NCBI RefSeq assembly: GCF_034680285.1
Contig: NZ_JAXITC010000002.1
Span: forward strand, 139,633-203,632
DNA from: Limnohabitans sp.
GTDB taxonomy: Bacteria; Pseudomonadota; Gammaproteobacteria; Burkholderiales; Burkholderiaceae_C
Reading direction: 5' to 3'
DNA: 64,000 bases
Made by a program: the position numbers and the translations under genes. Below, in pieces: positions 17,152 through 27,074 of the stretch (its first letter is position 1; each line of letters opens with the position of its first letter). The notes under the pieces are model-generated. The model was not told the origin of the DNA, did not search any database, and was given only the letters and a program-made list of their open reading frames with translations.

Positions 17152-20100
17152 ATGGTTGCGCCGTCTTTGCCACTTTTCCCCCGTCTGATCCATGTGCTGT
17201 CGCGCCTTGTGCGGCTGATCGCGTGGATCTTGTTGTGCGTGGGTCTTGTGCTGGGCATGGGCTGGGCAACCCTGCATTTTTGGATTGTGCCGCGAATCGG
17301 CGAGCATCGCCCGGCCTTGGAGCGCTTAGCCCAGCAAACCCTCGGGGTTCCGGTTCGCATCGGCCAAATCTCGGCCGAATCGACCGGCTGGGCCCCCTCG
17401 TTTGAATTGCGCGACATCGCTTTGCTTGACCCCGAAGGTCGCACCGCTTTAAGCCTGCCCAAGGTGTGGATCGCCATCAGCGTGCGCTCGGTGATGGGCC
17501 TGAAGCTGGAGCAACTGGTCTTGGATGCGCCTGAGCTGGACATTCGGCTCTTGGCCAATGGCCAATGGCGCATCGCCGGGCTCGAGATGAAACAAAGCTC
17601 AAGCGGCGACAACGCGGTCACCGATTGGTTGTTCGCTCAACGCGAAGTGGTTGTGCGCGGCGGCACGGTCCACTGGACGCGAGAAAAACCGACAGCGTCT
17701 GCAGCCCTAGAGGTGCCCAAGACCTTGTCCCTGCGGGATGTGGACGTCTTGTTGCGCAACTCGGCCAGACACCACGATGTGCGGGTGGACGCCACCCCCC
17801 CAGAAGAGGGTGGTCAGCGCTTCGTCACCATGGGGCGCTTTAAGCGCAATCTGTTGTCTCTGCATCCGGGTCGATGGGCCGACTGGACTGGACAGGTTTA
17901 TGCCTATTTTCCGCACATCGATGTGGCGCAATTGGGCACGCACTTGCCACTCAATAATCCACTAGCCGCTGGCCAAGGCAGCCTGCGCGTGTGGAACGAT
18001 GTGACCCAAGGGCAATGGGCTGGCGGGCTGGCCGATGTCAACCTCACCGGACTTCAAGCGGCATGGGCACCCGACAAGGCTCCGCTCGGATTTGAACGCT
18101 TGTCTGGACGTTTGGCGGCCAAGGTCAACCCACTGGGTTTTGCGGTCTCGACCCAGCAACTGGCTTTTGTGAGCGATCAAGGCTTGGTTTGGCCCGGCGG
18201 CAACGTGGCCCTGAGCTTCAACCACCCTCAAGGCAAATCCCCTGCGCGAGGTGAACTGCAAGCCGATCAACTTGACCTTGTAGCCCTGCGCGACATTGCT
18301 TTGCGCATGCCTTTGCCCGAGACTTGGCGGCAGAACTTGCAACTGCAAACCGTCCGCGGTCAGGTGGATGCGCTCCAATGGCGCTGGCAAGGTGACTGGG
18401 AAAAGCCCCTCACTTACGACGCACAAATTTCGGTGCAAAACCTGTCGCTCCCCACGCCTGAAGCCCCCCCCGCCCATTCGGCCATCCGCTGGCCTGGCGT
18501 TCAGGGCGCACAAGTCAAACTCAAGCTGAACCAAGACAGTGGCCGCATCGATGTGAGCATGGGTGCAGATGGGGCCATCTTTTTGCCGGGCATTCTGGAT
18601 GAACCAGAGGTGCCTGTGCAGAGCTTGCAAGCTCATGCATTGCTCAAACACGAGTCCGAAAAGTGGCATGTGCCCGAATGGAAACTGCAGGTCAGCAACT
18701 CAGACCTGCAAGGCGAATGGCAAGGTCAATGGCATCCGAGCGCTCAAGGAGAGGGACCCGGGAAACTGGACTTGCAAGGCAAGATCAAGCAAGTCAACGC
18801 CTTTCGTGCTTACCGCTACCTGCCCCTGACGCTGCCCAAAGACGTGCGCCAATACGTGCGCGATGCGGTGCGCAAAGGGGTGTATTCAGATGTTCAGATG
18901 AAGATCAAAGGGGACTTGGCCAAACTGCCCTTCACCAACCCCAAAGACGGCGAATTCCGCTTCGCTGGTCGCATTCAAGACGTCGAGCTGGACTTCTGGC
19001 CAGCGGCCTTGCAGCCACGCCAAAGCTTGCCTTGGCCTCGCCTGCACCAACTGACGGGCCAGCTGGTATTTGACCGCTTGAGCATGAAGCTGAGCAAGGC
19101 TTCCGCAAGGGTAGACGACGCACGATCAGGCCTGACTTTGAACGACGGCGATGTCGAAATCGCCAACATGGCCAACTCGGCGGTGCTGAACGTTTCGGCA
19201 GAAAACAAAGGCCCAGCCGGTCAAGTGCTGGGCTTGGTGCAAAAGTCACCCTTGGATGCCCTGTTGTCAGGCGCATTGCGCCAAACACAGGCAACAGGCA
19301 ACGTGCAAACCCGCTTCAAATTGACAGTGCCCTTGCTCAACCCGATCAACACCAAGGTTCAAGGCACCGTGGTGCTGGCCGGAAACGATGTGCGCATGAC
19401 GCCTGAGACGCCCTTGCTGGAGAAGCTCCAAGGCAACGTGCAATTCACCGAGTCGGGCTTCAGCTTGAATGGTGCACAAGCGCGGATGATGGGTGGCGCA
19501 GTCCGCATCGAGGGGGGCATGCGGCCCATGCCCATCGGCTCTGGCGCACCGAGCAACGAAGTCAGCTTGCAGTTGCGTGCACAAGGCCAGGTGACCGCCG
19601 AAGGACTGCGCCAAGCCAAAGAACTTGCACCACTGAACGAGTGGGCCAAACAAGCCACTGGTGCCACCAACTACAGCGCACAACTGGGCTGGCGGCAAGG
19701 ACAACCAGAATTCACGCTGCAAAGCCAGCTGGACGGTCTGGCGCTGAATTTACCTGCGCCCTTGGGCAAATCTGTGGCGTCCATTGCACCCATCTCCTTG
19801 CGCACACGGGTGAGCGGCTCGGGCACCAGTCTGCGGGAACAACTGCAACTGGAATGGGGCAACATCGCTTCTGCCCACTATGTGCGGGACTTGTCGGGCA
19901 AAGCGCCCGTGGTGCTGCGCGGCAGCTTGACCTTGGGTTTGCCCGCCTCTCAAGCCCCGGCCATGCCAGCCTCTGGCGTGAGCGCCACGGTGGCACTCGA
20001 TAACCTGATGCTGGACGATTGGCAAAATCTGCTGCCCAATGACCCAAGCCCCGCAACACGGCCGGGCGGCGCAGCCTTCGGCAGTTGGGATGCCTATGCG

Positions 20101-21231
20101 CCGAATCGCATTGGCCTGCAAGCCAACACCATCCAAGCCGACGGCCGCACTTTGCACCAAGTGGTCGCCGGGGGCCTGCGTGAAGGCAACACCTGGCGAG
20201 TGAACGTCGATGCACGCGAACTCAATGGCCATGTGGTCTACCGCCAGCCCTCGGGAGATCAATTGGGTCACCTCTTTGCCCGCTTGTCGCGCCTGAACTT
20301 GCCGCCCTCCAGCGTGTCCGACGTCGAAGGCCTTTTGGAGACCCCACCCGTCAATTTGCCAGCACTGGACATCGTGGTGGACCAACTCGAATTGCGTGGC
20401 AAAAAACTCGGCCGGGTCGAGATTGAGGCCCTCAACCCAGAGCAACCCAAATCACGCGCCAGGGTGGCCGCCGAATGGCAGTTGAGCAAACTCAACGTCA
20501 CCTTGCCCGAAGCCACTTTGCGCAGCACCGGGCGATGGCTCAAAACCTCCGAAGGCAGCTCACAACGCAAAACGGAGATGAACTTCAAACTGGACGTGTC
20601 CGATGCGGGCGCCTTGTTGACCCGGCTGGGCACGCCCAATGCTTTGCGTGGGGGTTCGGGCCAACTGGAGGGCGTGGTGTCCTGGCAAGGCTCGCCCTTG
20701 GCTCTGCATTACCCCAGCATGTCTGGACAATTTGGCGTCACCATGGGTCGGGGGCAATTCCTCAAAGCCGATGCCGGGGCCGCCAAATTGCTGGGCGTCT
20801 TGAGCCTGCAAGCCTTGCCGCGTCGTTTGCTGCTGGATTTTCGCGACGTGTTCTACGAAGGTTTTGCCTTTGATTCGGTGCGAGGAGATGTCACTATTGC
20901 ACAGGGAATCGCCCAAACCCGGAACATGCAAATCAAAGGGGTCAATGCGCTGGTGCAACTCGACGGCTCGGCCGATATTGCCCAGGAAACCCAAAAATTG
21001 AGGGTGGTGATTTTGCCATCCCTCGATGCTGGCACGGCCTCGTTGGTCGCAGGCATTGCGGTCAACCCTGTGGTGGGTCTCACGGCATTTTTGGCCCAAT
21101 TGTTTTTGCAAAAGCCCTTGATCAAAGTGAACACGCAAGAGTTTCTGATCGATGGCAGCTGGACGGACCCCCGAGTGACCAAAGTCAACAGTGATGCCAA
21201 AGCATCGCCAGCCGTCACCACCTCTCCTTGA
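17152..21231 (+). CDS. yhdP: YhdP family AsmA-like phospholipid transport protein (TIGR02099-like)
   Basis: About 1360 aa, N-terminal TM segment, beta-rich body, C-terminal LLGVLSLQALPRRL-LDFRDVF and GSWTDPRV; divergent from glnE as is usual. Confidence 0.88.
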   Translation: MVAPSLPLFPRLIHVLSRLVRLIAWILLCVGLVLGMGWATLHFWIVPRIGEHRPALERLAQQTLGVPVRIGQISAESTGWAPSFELRDIALLDPEGRTALSLPKVWIAISVRSVMGLKLEQLVLDAPELDIRLLANGQWRIAGLEMKQSSSGDNAVTDWLFAQREVVVRGGTVHWTREKPTASAALEVPKTLSLRDVDVLLRNSARHHDVRVDATPPEEGGQRFVTMGRFKRNLLSLHPGRWADWTGQVYAYFPHIDVAQLGTHLPLNNPLAAGQGSLRVWNDVTQGQWAGGLADVNLTGLQAAWAPDKAPLGFERLSGRLAAKVNPLGFAVSTQQLAFVSDQGLVWPGGNVALSFNHPQGKSPARGELQADQLDLVALRDIALRMPLPETWRQNLQLQTVRGQVDALQWRWQGDWEKPLTYDAQISVQNLSLPTPEAPPAHSAIRWPGVQGAQVKLKLNQDSGRIDVSMGADGAIFLPGILDEPEVPVQSLQAHALLKHESEKWHVPEWKLQVSNSDLQGEWQGQWHPSAQGEGPGKLDLQGKIKQVNAFRAYRYLPLTLPKDVRQYVRDAVRKGVYSDVQMKIKGDLAKLPFTNPKDGEFRFAGRIQDVELDFWPAALQPRQSLPWPRLHQLTGQLVFDRLSMKLSKASARVDDARSGLTLNDGDVEIANMANSAVLNVSAENKGPAGQVLGLVQKSPLDALLSGALRQTQATGNVQTRFKLTVPLLNPINTKVQGTVVLAGNDVRMTPETPLLEKLQGNVQFTESGFSLNGAQARMMGGAVRIEGGMRPMPIGSGAPSNEVSLQLRAQGQVTAEGLRQAKELAPLNEWAKQATGATNYSAQLGWRQGQPEFTLQSQLDGLALNLPAPLGKSVASIAPISLRTRVSGSGTSLREQLQLEWGNIASAHYVRDLSGKAPVVLRGSLTLGLPASQAPAMPASGVSATVALDNLMLDDWQNLLPNDPSPATRPGGAAFGSWDAYAPNRIGLQANTIQADGRTLHQVVAGGLREGNTWRVNVDARELNGHVVYRQPSGDQLGHLFARLSRLNLPPSSVSDVEGLLETPPVNLPALDIVVDQLELRGKKLGRVEIEALNPEQPKSRARVAAEWQLSKLNVTLPEATLRSTGRWLKTSEGSSQRKTEMNFKLDVSDAGALLTRLGTPNALRGGSGQLEGVVSWQGSPLALHYPSMSGQFGVTMGRGQFLKADAGAAKLLGVLSLQALPRRLLLDFRDVFYEGFAFDSVRGDVTIAQGIAQTRNMQIKGVNALVQLDGSADIAQETQKLRVVILPSLDAGTASLVAGIAVNPVVGLTAFLAQLFLQKPLIKVNTQEFLIDGSWTDPRVTKVNSDAKASPAVTTSP

Positions 21232-23324
21232 AACCCATGAACCCGCTTGGCGCCACCCGCCCAATGACCACTCAGCGGCAGTTTCTGAACCAGGCCCGAG
21301 CCAAGCTCGACGAATCTCTGCCATGGGATTCGGGTCGTCGTTCCTTGTGGGCAGCACTCATTGCATTGGTCTTGGCGGTCTTGGTCACGCTGGTCTGGCT
21401 GGCTGGACGTTATGAAGCGAGTCAAGTACAAGCCGAGCTGGAACAAGACACCGCCAACGCTGTGGGTGACTTGCGTGGCGGCCTGAGGCGCCAAGTTCAG
21501 GCCTTGCAGGCATTGCAATCAAGTCATTTTTCACCGTCCGACTGGCAAACCAGAGCACTGGAATTGCTGCGTGATAACCGGGACTGGCTGCGCGTGGAGT
21601 GGCGTGACAAATCATGGCAACTCCAAGCTTTTGCGGACTCGCCTCTGCGCGCCTCTGCATTTGAACGCATTGCCCGCACCGACGTGCTGAACGATGCCAA
21701 CCAAGCCTGCCAGCGAACCAAGCGACTCAATGGCCCCGCCTACTCCAGCACGTATTTTCTCCCTCAAAGCGATGGCCTGGGCATGGAGGTGATGGAGCTG
21801 TGTTTGCCGGTGACGCAATCGGGTGATCTCCTGGGCTACATGGTGGTGACCTACAGTTTGCAGGAGCTGCTGACCGAGCGTCTGGGCGCCACTTTTGGGC
21901 GCAAAAACGAGTTGTCCTTCATCGAGCCAGATGGCACAAGGCTGGCGATTGCTGGCACACAAAGACGCGAACAACGCGTCTTCACCAGTCAACAGCTGGT
22001 GGACTTGCCAGGCAACACTTTGTTGCTGCGCATGGACGGCCGCCGCGGAGCCCCGGACTTGTTTCCGAACGTATTGACGGCCTTGGTCACGGGCATGTCC
22101 ATGGCGCTGATCACGGTGATGGTGCTGCTCACCAAAGACGCCCGGAGACGCCAAAAAGCCGAACGGGATCTGGCTGAAGCATTGGCTTTTCGCAAAGCCA
22201 TGGAGGACTCACTGGTCACCGGGCTTCGGGCTCGGGATCTGAAAGGCTGCATCACCTATGTGAATCCTGCGTTTTGCCAAATGGTCGGATGGGAAGCCGA
22301 AGCGCTCATTGGGAAAAATGCGCCCATGCCCTACTGGCCGCCCGAAATGGTTGACGAATACCAGCAGCGTCAGGCGATTCGTATGGCGGGCAATGTGCCA
22401 CCACGAGAAGGCTTTGAGTCGGTGTTCATGCGGCAAGACGGTGAACGCTTTCCGGTGCTCATCATCGAAGCCCCGCTGATCAGTGTGCGGGGCGAGCAAA
22501 CAGGATGGATGGGTGCCGTGATCGACATCAGCGAGCAGCGCCGCATTGAGGAAGTGTCTCGCGCCAGTCAAGAACGGCTGCAAGCCACCGCCCGTTTGGC
22601 CACCGTGGGTGAAATGGCGTCCTTGCTCAGCCATGAGCTGAACCAGCCCCTGGCAGCCATTGCCAGTTACGCCAACGGCTCGCTCAATCTACTCCAAGAC
22701 CCCCAAGCCGTGCCGCAAACCCTGGACGATGTGCACATGGCCTTGCGGCGCATCGCCGAACAAGCCGAACGGGCTGGTCGCGTCATCAACAGCGTGCACG
22801 ACTTTGTGCGCAGACGCGACCAAAGCCGAGAGCCGGTGCCCCCCCAAGCCCTGCTGGATGCCATTGCACCCCTGATGAACCTGCAAGCTCGCAAACTGCA
22901 AGTTCGTGTAGTCATGCGGGTTGAGCCCCACCTGCCTTCTGTCTGGTGCGACCGCACCATGGTTGAGCAGGTTTTGCTCAACTTGGCGCGCAATGGCATG
23001 CAAGCCATGGATACACCGCAATGCCTTGACCGGGTCTTGGCGTTGCAAGTCCAGCGAACCATGACACACGCTGAAGAAGCTGGCGTTGAATTCAGTGTGA
23101 CCGATCTGGGCGCTGGCATTGGACCCGATGTGGCAGCGCAATTGTTCAACCCCTTTTTCACCACCAAAGTCGAAGGCATGGGCTTGGGTCTGAGCCTGTG
23201 CCGTACCGTGGTCGAACAACATGGGGGGCAATTGGAGTTTGAAGAACTGCAACCCCAAGGCACGGTATTTCGCTTCACCTTGCCTGTGGCCAACAGCAGC
23301 AAGCCAAACCTGTCCAACGCCTAA
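21228..23324 (+). CDS. Membrane-bound PAS sensor histidine kinase (DctS/FixL-like)
   Basis: Two TM segments, PAS (YVNPAFCQMVGW), H-box SHELNQPL, N-box NLARNG, G-boxes DLGAGI and GMGLGLS. Confidence 0.9.
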   Translation: MKPMNPLGATRPMTTQRQFLNQARAKLDESLPWDSGRRSLWAALIALVLAVLVTLVWLAGRYEASQVQAELEQDTANAVGDLRGGLRRQVQALQALQSSHFSPSDWQTRALELLRDNRDWLRVEWRDKSWQLQAFADSPLRASAFERIARTDVLNDANQACQRTKRLNGPAYSSTYFLPQSDGLGMEVMELCLPVTQSGDLLGYMVVTYSLQELLTERLGATFGRKNELSFIEPDGTRLAIAGTQRREQRVFTSQQLVDLPGNTLLLRMDGRRGAPDLFPNVLTALVTGMSMALITVMVLLTKDARRRQKAERDLAEALAFRKAMEDSLVTGLRARDLKGCITYVNPAFCQMVGWEAEALIGKNAPMPYWPPEMVDEYQQRQAIRMAGNVPPREGFESVFMRQDGERFPVLIIEAPLISVRGEQTGWMGAVIDISEQRRIEEVSRASQERLQATARLATVGEMASLLSHELNQPLAAIASYANGSLNLLQDPQAVPQTLDDVHMALRRIAEQAERAGRVINSVHDFVRRRDQSREPVPPQALLDAIAPLMNLQARKLQVRVVMRVEPHLPSVWCDRTMVEQVLLNLARNGMQAMDTPQCLDRVLALQVQRTMTHAEEAGVEFSVTDLGAGIGPDVAAQLFNPFFTTKVEGMGLGLSLCRTVVEQHGGQLEFEELQPQGTVFRFTLPVANSSKPNLSNA

Positions 23325-23333
23325 AATCGCCCC

Positions 23334-24014
23334 ATGCAACTTCCTTTTGACAGCATGGTCTACATCGTGGACGACGACATCGGCGTGCGTGAAGGCATGG
23401 CCTGGCTGTTGCGCACGCGGCGCTTGTTGAGTGAGTCTTACGACAGCGCCGAAACCTTTTGGGAAATGCTGCAAACCAACCCGCCAAGTGAATGGCCTGC
23501 CGCTACACCATCACCCAGCCATTTGCCCTTGGCATTGCCCCGGCAAGCGGGTTGCATTTTGCTCGATGTGCGCATGCCCGGCATGAGTGGTCTGGCTCTG
23601 TTTGAACAGCTTCAAGCCTGCGGCATCGCGCAAGCTTGGCCCGTGATTTTTTTGACCGGACATGCTGACGTTCCGACCGCGGTGGACAGCGTCAAACGTG
23701 GCGCCTTTGACTTTTGCGAAAAACCCTTTTCGGACAACGCTTTGGTCGACCGGGTTGAACAAGCGCTGCTGCTGTCCGAAGAGCGCCTGAAAGCCCGCAC
23801 GCAACAAGCATTTTTGCAATCGCGTCTGGGTGAATTGACCGAGCGCGAACGCGATGTGATGCGCTTGGTGGTTGAAGGTTTGCCCAACAAACTGATCGCC
23901 GACCAACTGGACATCAGCGTGCGCACTGTCGAGGTGCACCGCTCGCGCGTGTTTGACAAAATGGAAGTGAAGTCGGCTGTCGAATTGGCCAATTTGTTGC
24001 GGGCGCTGACATGA
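23334..24014 (+). CDS. FixJ/DctR-like response regulator (REC + LuxR HTH)
   Basis: YIVDDD, LLDVRMPG, FLTGH, FCEKPF, LTERERDV, NKLIADQLDISVRTVEVHR. Confidence 0.92.
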   Translation: MQLPFDSMVYIVDDDIGVREGMAWLLRTRRLLSESYDSAETFWEMLQTNPPSEWPAATPSPSHLPLALPRQAGCILLDVRMPGMSGLALFEQLQACGIAQAWPVIFLTGHADVPTAVDSVKRGAFDFCEKPFSDNALVDRVEQALLLSEERLKARTQQAFLQSRLGELTERERDVMRLVVEGLPNKLIADQLDISVRTVEVHRSRVFDKMEVKSAVELANLLRALT

Positions 24015-24556
24015 GACGGACTTGGGTGCCGCCCTTGACGAACGGGTTCAGCCGCTCCCCTCATTGCGCAGGCCTGCTCATGGTTTTGGCTTTGTTGTTG
24101 TCTGGCTGCTCAGCCCCCCCAAAGCCGAGCGACAGCCCGCACGCGCCAACGCCAACGGAGAACCGCAGCGCTTACCACCCCAAACGCAACGACTTGGCCT
24201 TGTTTGCTCTTTCTTTGCTCGACACGCCTTACAGCTGGGGCGGTCGTGGGCCGGCCACAGGATTTGACTGCTCAGGTTTGGTGTCGCATGTGTACCGCGA
24301 AGCCGCGGGTTTACCTGTGCGCGGCAGCTCGGCCGATCTGGGCAAAAAAACCCGCCCGGTCGATCCCTCGCGCATCCAACCCGGTGATTTGTTGTTCTTC
24401 AACACCTTGGGCGCTCGCCATTCGCATGTGGGCATCTATGTGGGAGACGGCCGTTTTGTGCATGCCAGCAACCCGCGAACAGGCGTTCGGGTCGACCAAC
24501 TGAGCAACCGCTATTACGCGCAGCGCTTCGAAGGGGCGGGCACGCTACTGGACTGA
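24011..24556 (+). CDS. NlpC/P60 (C40) lipoprotein peptidase
   Basis: Lipobox LLSGC; PYSWGG, GFDCSG and HVGIYVGDGRFVHA catalytic motifs. Confidence 0.92.
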   Translation: MRRTWVPPLTNGFSRSPHCAGLLMVLALLLSGCSAPPKPSDSPHAPTPTENRSAYHPKRNDLALFALSLLDTPYSWGGRGPATGFDCSGLVSHVYREAAGLPVRGSSADLGKKTRPVDPSRIQPGDLLFFNTLGARHSHVGIYVGDGRFVHASNPRTGVRVDQLSNRYYAQRFEGAGTLLD

Positions 24557-24577
24557 TGCAGCCCGAGCGTGAAAAGG

Positions 24578-24715
24578 TCAGGGCGCTTTGTCGTCAGGGT
24601 CTTTTTGTTCAGCTGGCGGCAGCTCGCCATTTTTTCGCCCAGAAAACATGGTCCACCAAACGATCACGACGAACACCAGCAAGGCCAACAAGGCTTCCAG
24701 CAAAATAAGCGCCAT
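24578..24715 (-). CDS. Small single-pass membrane protein (45 aa)
   Basis: [45 protein letters not shown]: one TM helix and a charged tail, filling the gap between NlpC and mltA. Confidence 0.6.
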   Translation of the reverse strand: MALILLEALLALLVFVVIVWWTMFSGRKNGELPPAEQKDPDDKAP

Positions 24716-25907
24716 GAACACGTTCCCATTTCTTGGTTTGCGCCGGACGGCCTCCAGCGGTTTGATCGCAGCGATTGTAGGCAGCCTCGTGGCCTGCTCG
24801 GTCACGCCCGTGTTGGATGAGCCCGAACCAACACGGTCATCCACCACCAGCCCTGCCGCCAAGGCACCCAACGCACAAAACGCACCAATGCTGGAGCCCG
24901 GCCCTTTGCCACCGGTCATCACACAAGCCAAAAGCCGCTGGGTTCCCGTGCCTTGGTCGGACTTGCCGGGCCTGGAGACCGATGACCTCAAAGAAGCCTG
25001 GCCAGCTTGGTTGCAAAGCTGCACGCGACCAGCGGCAGGCTGGGCAGCCCTGTGCCCCGAAATCCGGCAATTGGCCAGTGCCACGGCGTCTGTGCAGCGG
25101 CAATGGATGCGGCAAAAGTTGCAAGCCTATCGGGTGGAGTCGCCCACACCCGCGGGCAACGGTTTGTTGACCGCTTATTACGAACCCGTTTTGAACGCCC
25201 AACGGCAAGCGCGGCAGGGGTTCAATGTGCCGCTGTATGCCCCCCCCGCTCAGCTGCAAACACGCAAACCCTGGTACACCCGCCAAGAAATGGAGACCTT
25301 ACCCGCTGCCCGGGCTGCATTGCGGGGGAAAGAACTGGTTTATCTGGCCGACCCGGTGGATGCCATGGTGCTGCACATCCAAGGCTCGGGCCTGATCAAT
25401 GTGACCGAACGCGATGGCAGTCAACGCATGGTGCGCTTGGCCTTTGCCGGCACCAACGATCAACCCTACAAAAGCATCGGCCGCTGGCTGCTGGACCAAA
25501 ACCTGATCCGCGACGCCTCTTGGCCGGGCATCAAGGCCTGGATCGACCGCAACCCCTCGCGGGTGAATGAGTTGCTGTGGCAAAACCCGCGCGTGGTGTT
25601 CTTCAAGGAAGAGGCACTGCCCGCAGGCGTCGTGCCGCCGGGCCCCAAAGGTGCGCAAGGTGTGCCCCTCACCGCAGGTCGCTCTATCGCGGTGGACCGG
25701 GGCAGCATTCCTTATGGCACCCCCGTTTGGTTGAAGTCCAACGGTCCCCAAACCAACTTAGACCGTTTGGTCTTGGCCCAAGACACAGGCACCGCGATCG
25801 TGGGTGCAGTCAGGGCCGACTATTACGCAGGCTCTGGACCCGAAGCGGGCGAATTGGCCGGGCGGGTGAAACAGCCCTTGCAACTGTGGGCTTTGTGGCC
25901 ACGATAA
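24714..25907 (+). CDS. mltA: Membrane-bound lytic murein transglycosylase A
   Basis: Lipobox LVAC; [45 protein letters not shown] (3D domain). Confidence 0.93.
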   Translation: MNTFPFLGLRRTASSGLIAAIVGSLVACSVTPVLDEPEPTRSSTTSPAAKAPNAQNAPMLEPGPLPPVITQAKSRWVPVPWSDLPGLETDDLKEAWPAWLQSCTRPAAGWAALCPEIRQLASATASVQRQWMRQKLQAYRVESPTPAGNGLLTAYYEPVLNAQRQARQGFNVPLYAPPAQLQTRKPWYTRQEMETLPAARAALRGKELVYLADPVDAMVLHIQGSGLINVTERDGSQRMVRLAFAGTNDQPYKSIGRWLLDQNLIRDASWPGIKAWIDRNPSRVNELLWQNPRVVFFKEEALPAGVVPPGPKGAQGVPLTAGRSIAVDRGSIPYGTPVWLKSNGPQTNLDRLVLAQDTGTAIVGAVRADYYAGSGPEAGELAGRVKQPLQLWALWPR

Positions 25908-25926
25908 GCAGGATGCCTTTGATCGG

Positions 25927-26208
25927 ATGACTTTAACCTGCCGCCCTGGCTGCGCCGCTTGCTGCACCGCCCCATCCATCTCCTCACCCATCCCCGGCAT
26001 GCCTCAAGGGAAACCAGCGGGCGTGCCTTGCTTGCAACTTGACGAACAACTGCGCTGCAAAATTTTTGGGCAACCCGAACGGCCTGCGGTGTGCGGTCAG
26101 CTGCAAGCGTCGGTGGAGATGTGTGGGGCTGTGGAGGATGGCGGTGTGCACGCCCGGGCTTGGTTGATGCGGCTGGAGGAGATGACACGGCCGGGAAGCC
26201 CGAACTGA
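25927..26208 (+). CDS. YkgJ family cysteine-cluster protein
   Basis: [32 protein letters not shown]. Confidence 0.85.
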   Translation: MTLTCRPGCAACCTAPSISSPIPGMPQGKPAGVPCLQLDEQLRCKIFGQPERPAVCGQLQASVEMCGAVEDGGVHARAWLMRLEEMTRPGSPN

Positions 26209-26280
26209 GCCAGTCACCTAAACGTCATGGCACTCGGCGGTTCATGGGTAAGCTGGGTTTTTTGACATCGGAGTACAGCG

Positions 26281-27066
26281 ATGGCGTTTGAAATTCCTTC
26301 TTTAAAAGACAGCGTTCACCCCGATGAATGGCAGCTGCGGCTGGACTTGGCCGCGTGTTACCGGCTGGTGGCGCTTTACGGCTGGAGCGATCTGGTGTTC
26401 ACCCACATCAGCGCTAAGCTGCCCGAGTCGGTGGCGGGCAAAGACCATCAGTTTTTGATCAACCCCTACGGCCTGATGTTTGACGAGATCACCGCGTCCA
26501 GCCTGGTGAAGGTGGACATGCAGTGCAACAAGCTGCACGACAGCCCCTTTCCGGTCAACCCGGCGGGCTTTGTGATCCACAGCGCGGTACATGAGGCGCG
26601 GCCAGATGCCGGTTGTGTTTTGCACACCCACACCCGGGCTGGCGTAGCCGTGAGCGCACAGGCGCACGGCGTGCTGCCCATCAGCCAGCAAAGCACTTTT
26701 GTGCTGGCCTCGCTGGCCTACCATGGCTACGAGGGCGTGGCCATTCGCGACGAAGAAAAGCTGCGTCTGCAGGCCGATTTGGGCGAAGCCAATTACCTGA
26801 TGCTGCGCAACCACGGCTTGCTCACCGTGGGCAAAACCATTGCCGATGCGTTTTTGTCGATGTACACCTTCGAGAACACCTGCCGCATCCAAGTCGATGC
26901 ACTGGCCGGGCAGTCAGGCCCGAAAGACCTGACCGCGGTAGACCCGCAAATTTTGAACGGCGTGGCCAACGCCATGCGCGTGCAAACCGGTGGTTTGGGC
27001 GGCGCTTTTGTTTGGCCTTCGCTGCTTCGCAAGCTGCAACGCGAGAGCCCGGGCTACGAAGTTTGA
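26281..27066 (+). CDS. Class II aldolase/adducin family protein
   Basis: THISA, FLINPYG, GFVIHSAVH, LHTH, LRNHGLL metal-binding His motifs. Confidence 0.92.
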   Translation: MAFEIPSLKDSVHPDEWQLRLDLAACYRLVALYGWSDLVFTHISAKLPESVAGKDHQFLINPYGLMFDEITASSLVKVDMQCNKLHDSPFPVNPAGFVIHSAVHEARPDAGCVLHTHTRAGVAVSAQAHGVLPISQQSTFVLASLAYHGYEGVAIRDEEKLRLQADLGEANYLMLRNHGLLTVGKTIADAFLSMYTFENTCRIQVDALAGQSGPKDLTAVDPQILNGVANAMRVQTGGLGGAFVWPSLLRKLQRESPGYEV

Positions 27067-27074
27067 ATACGGCC

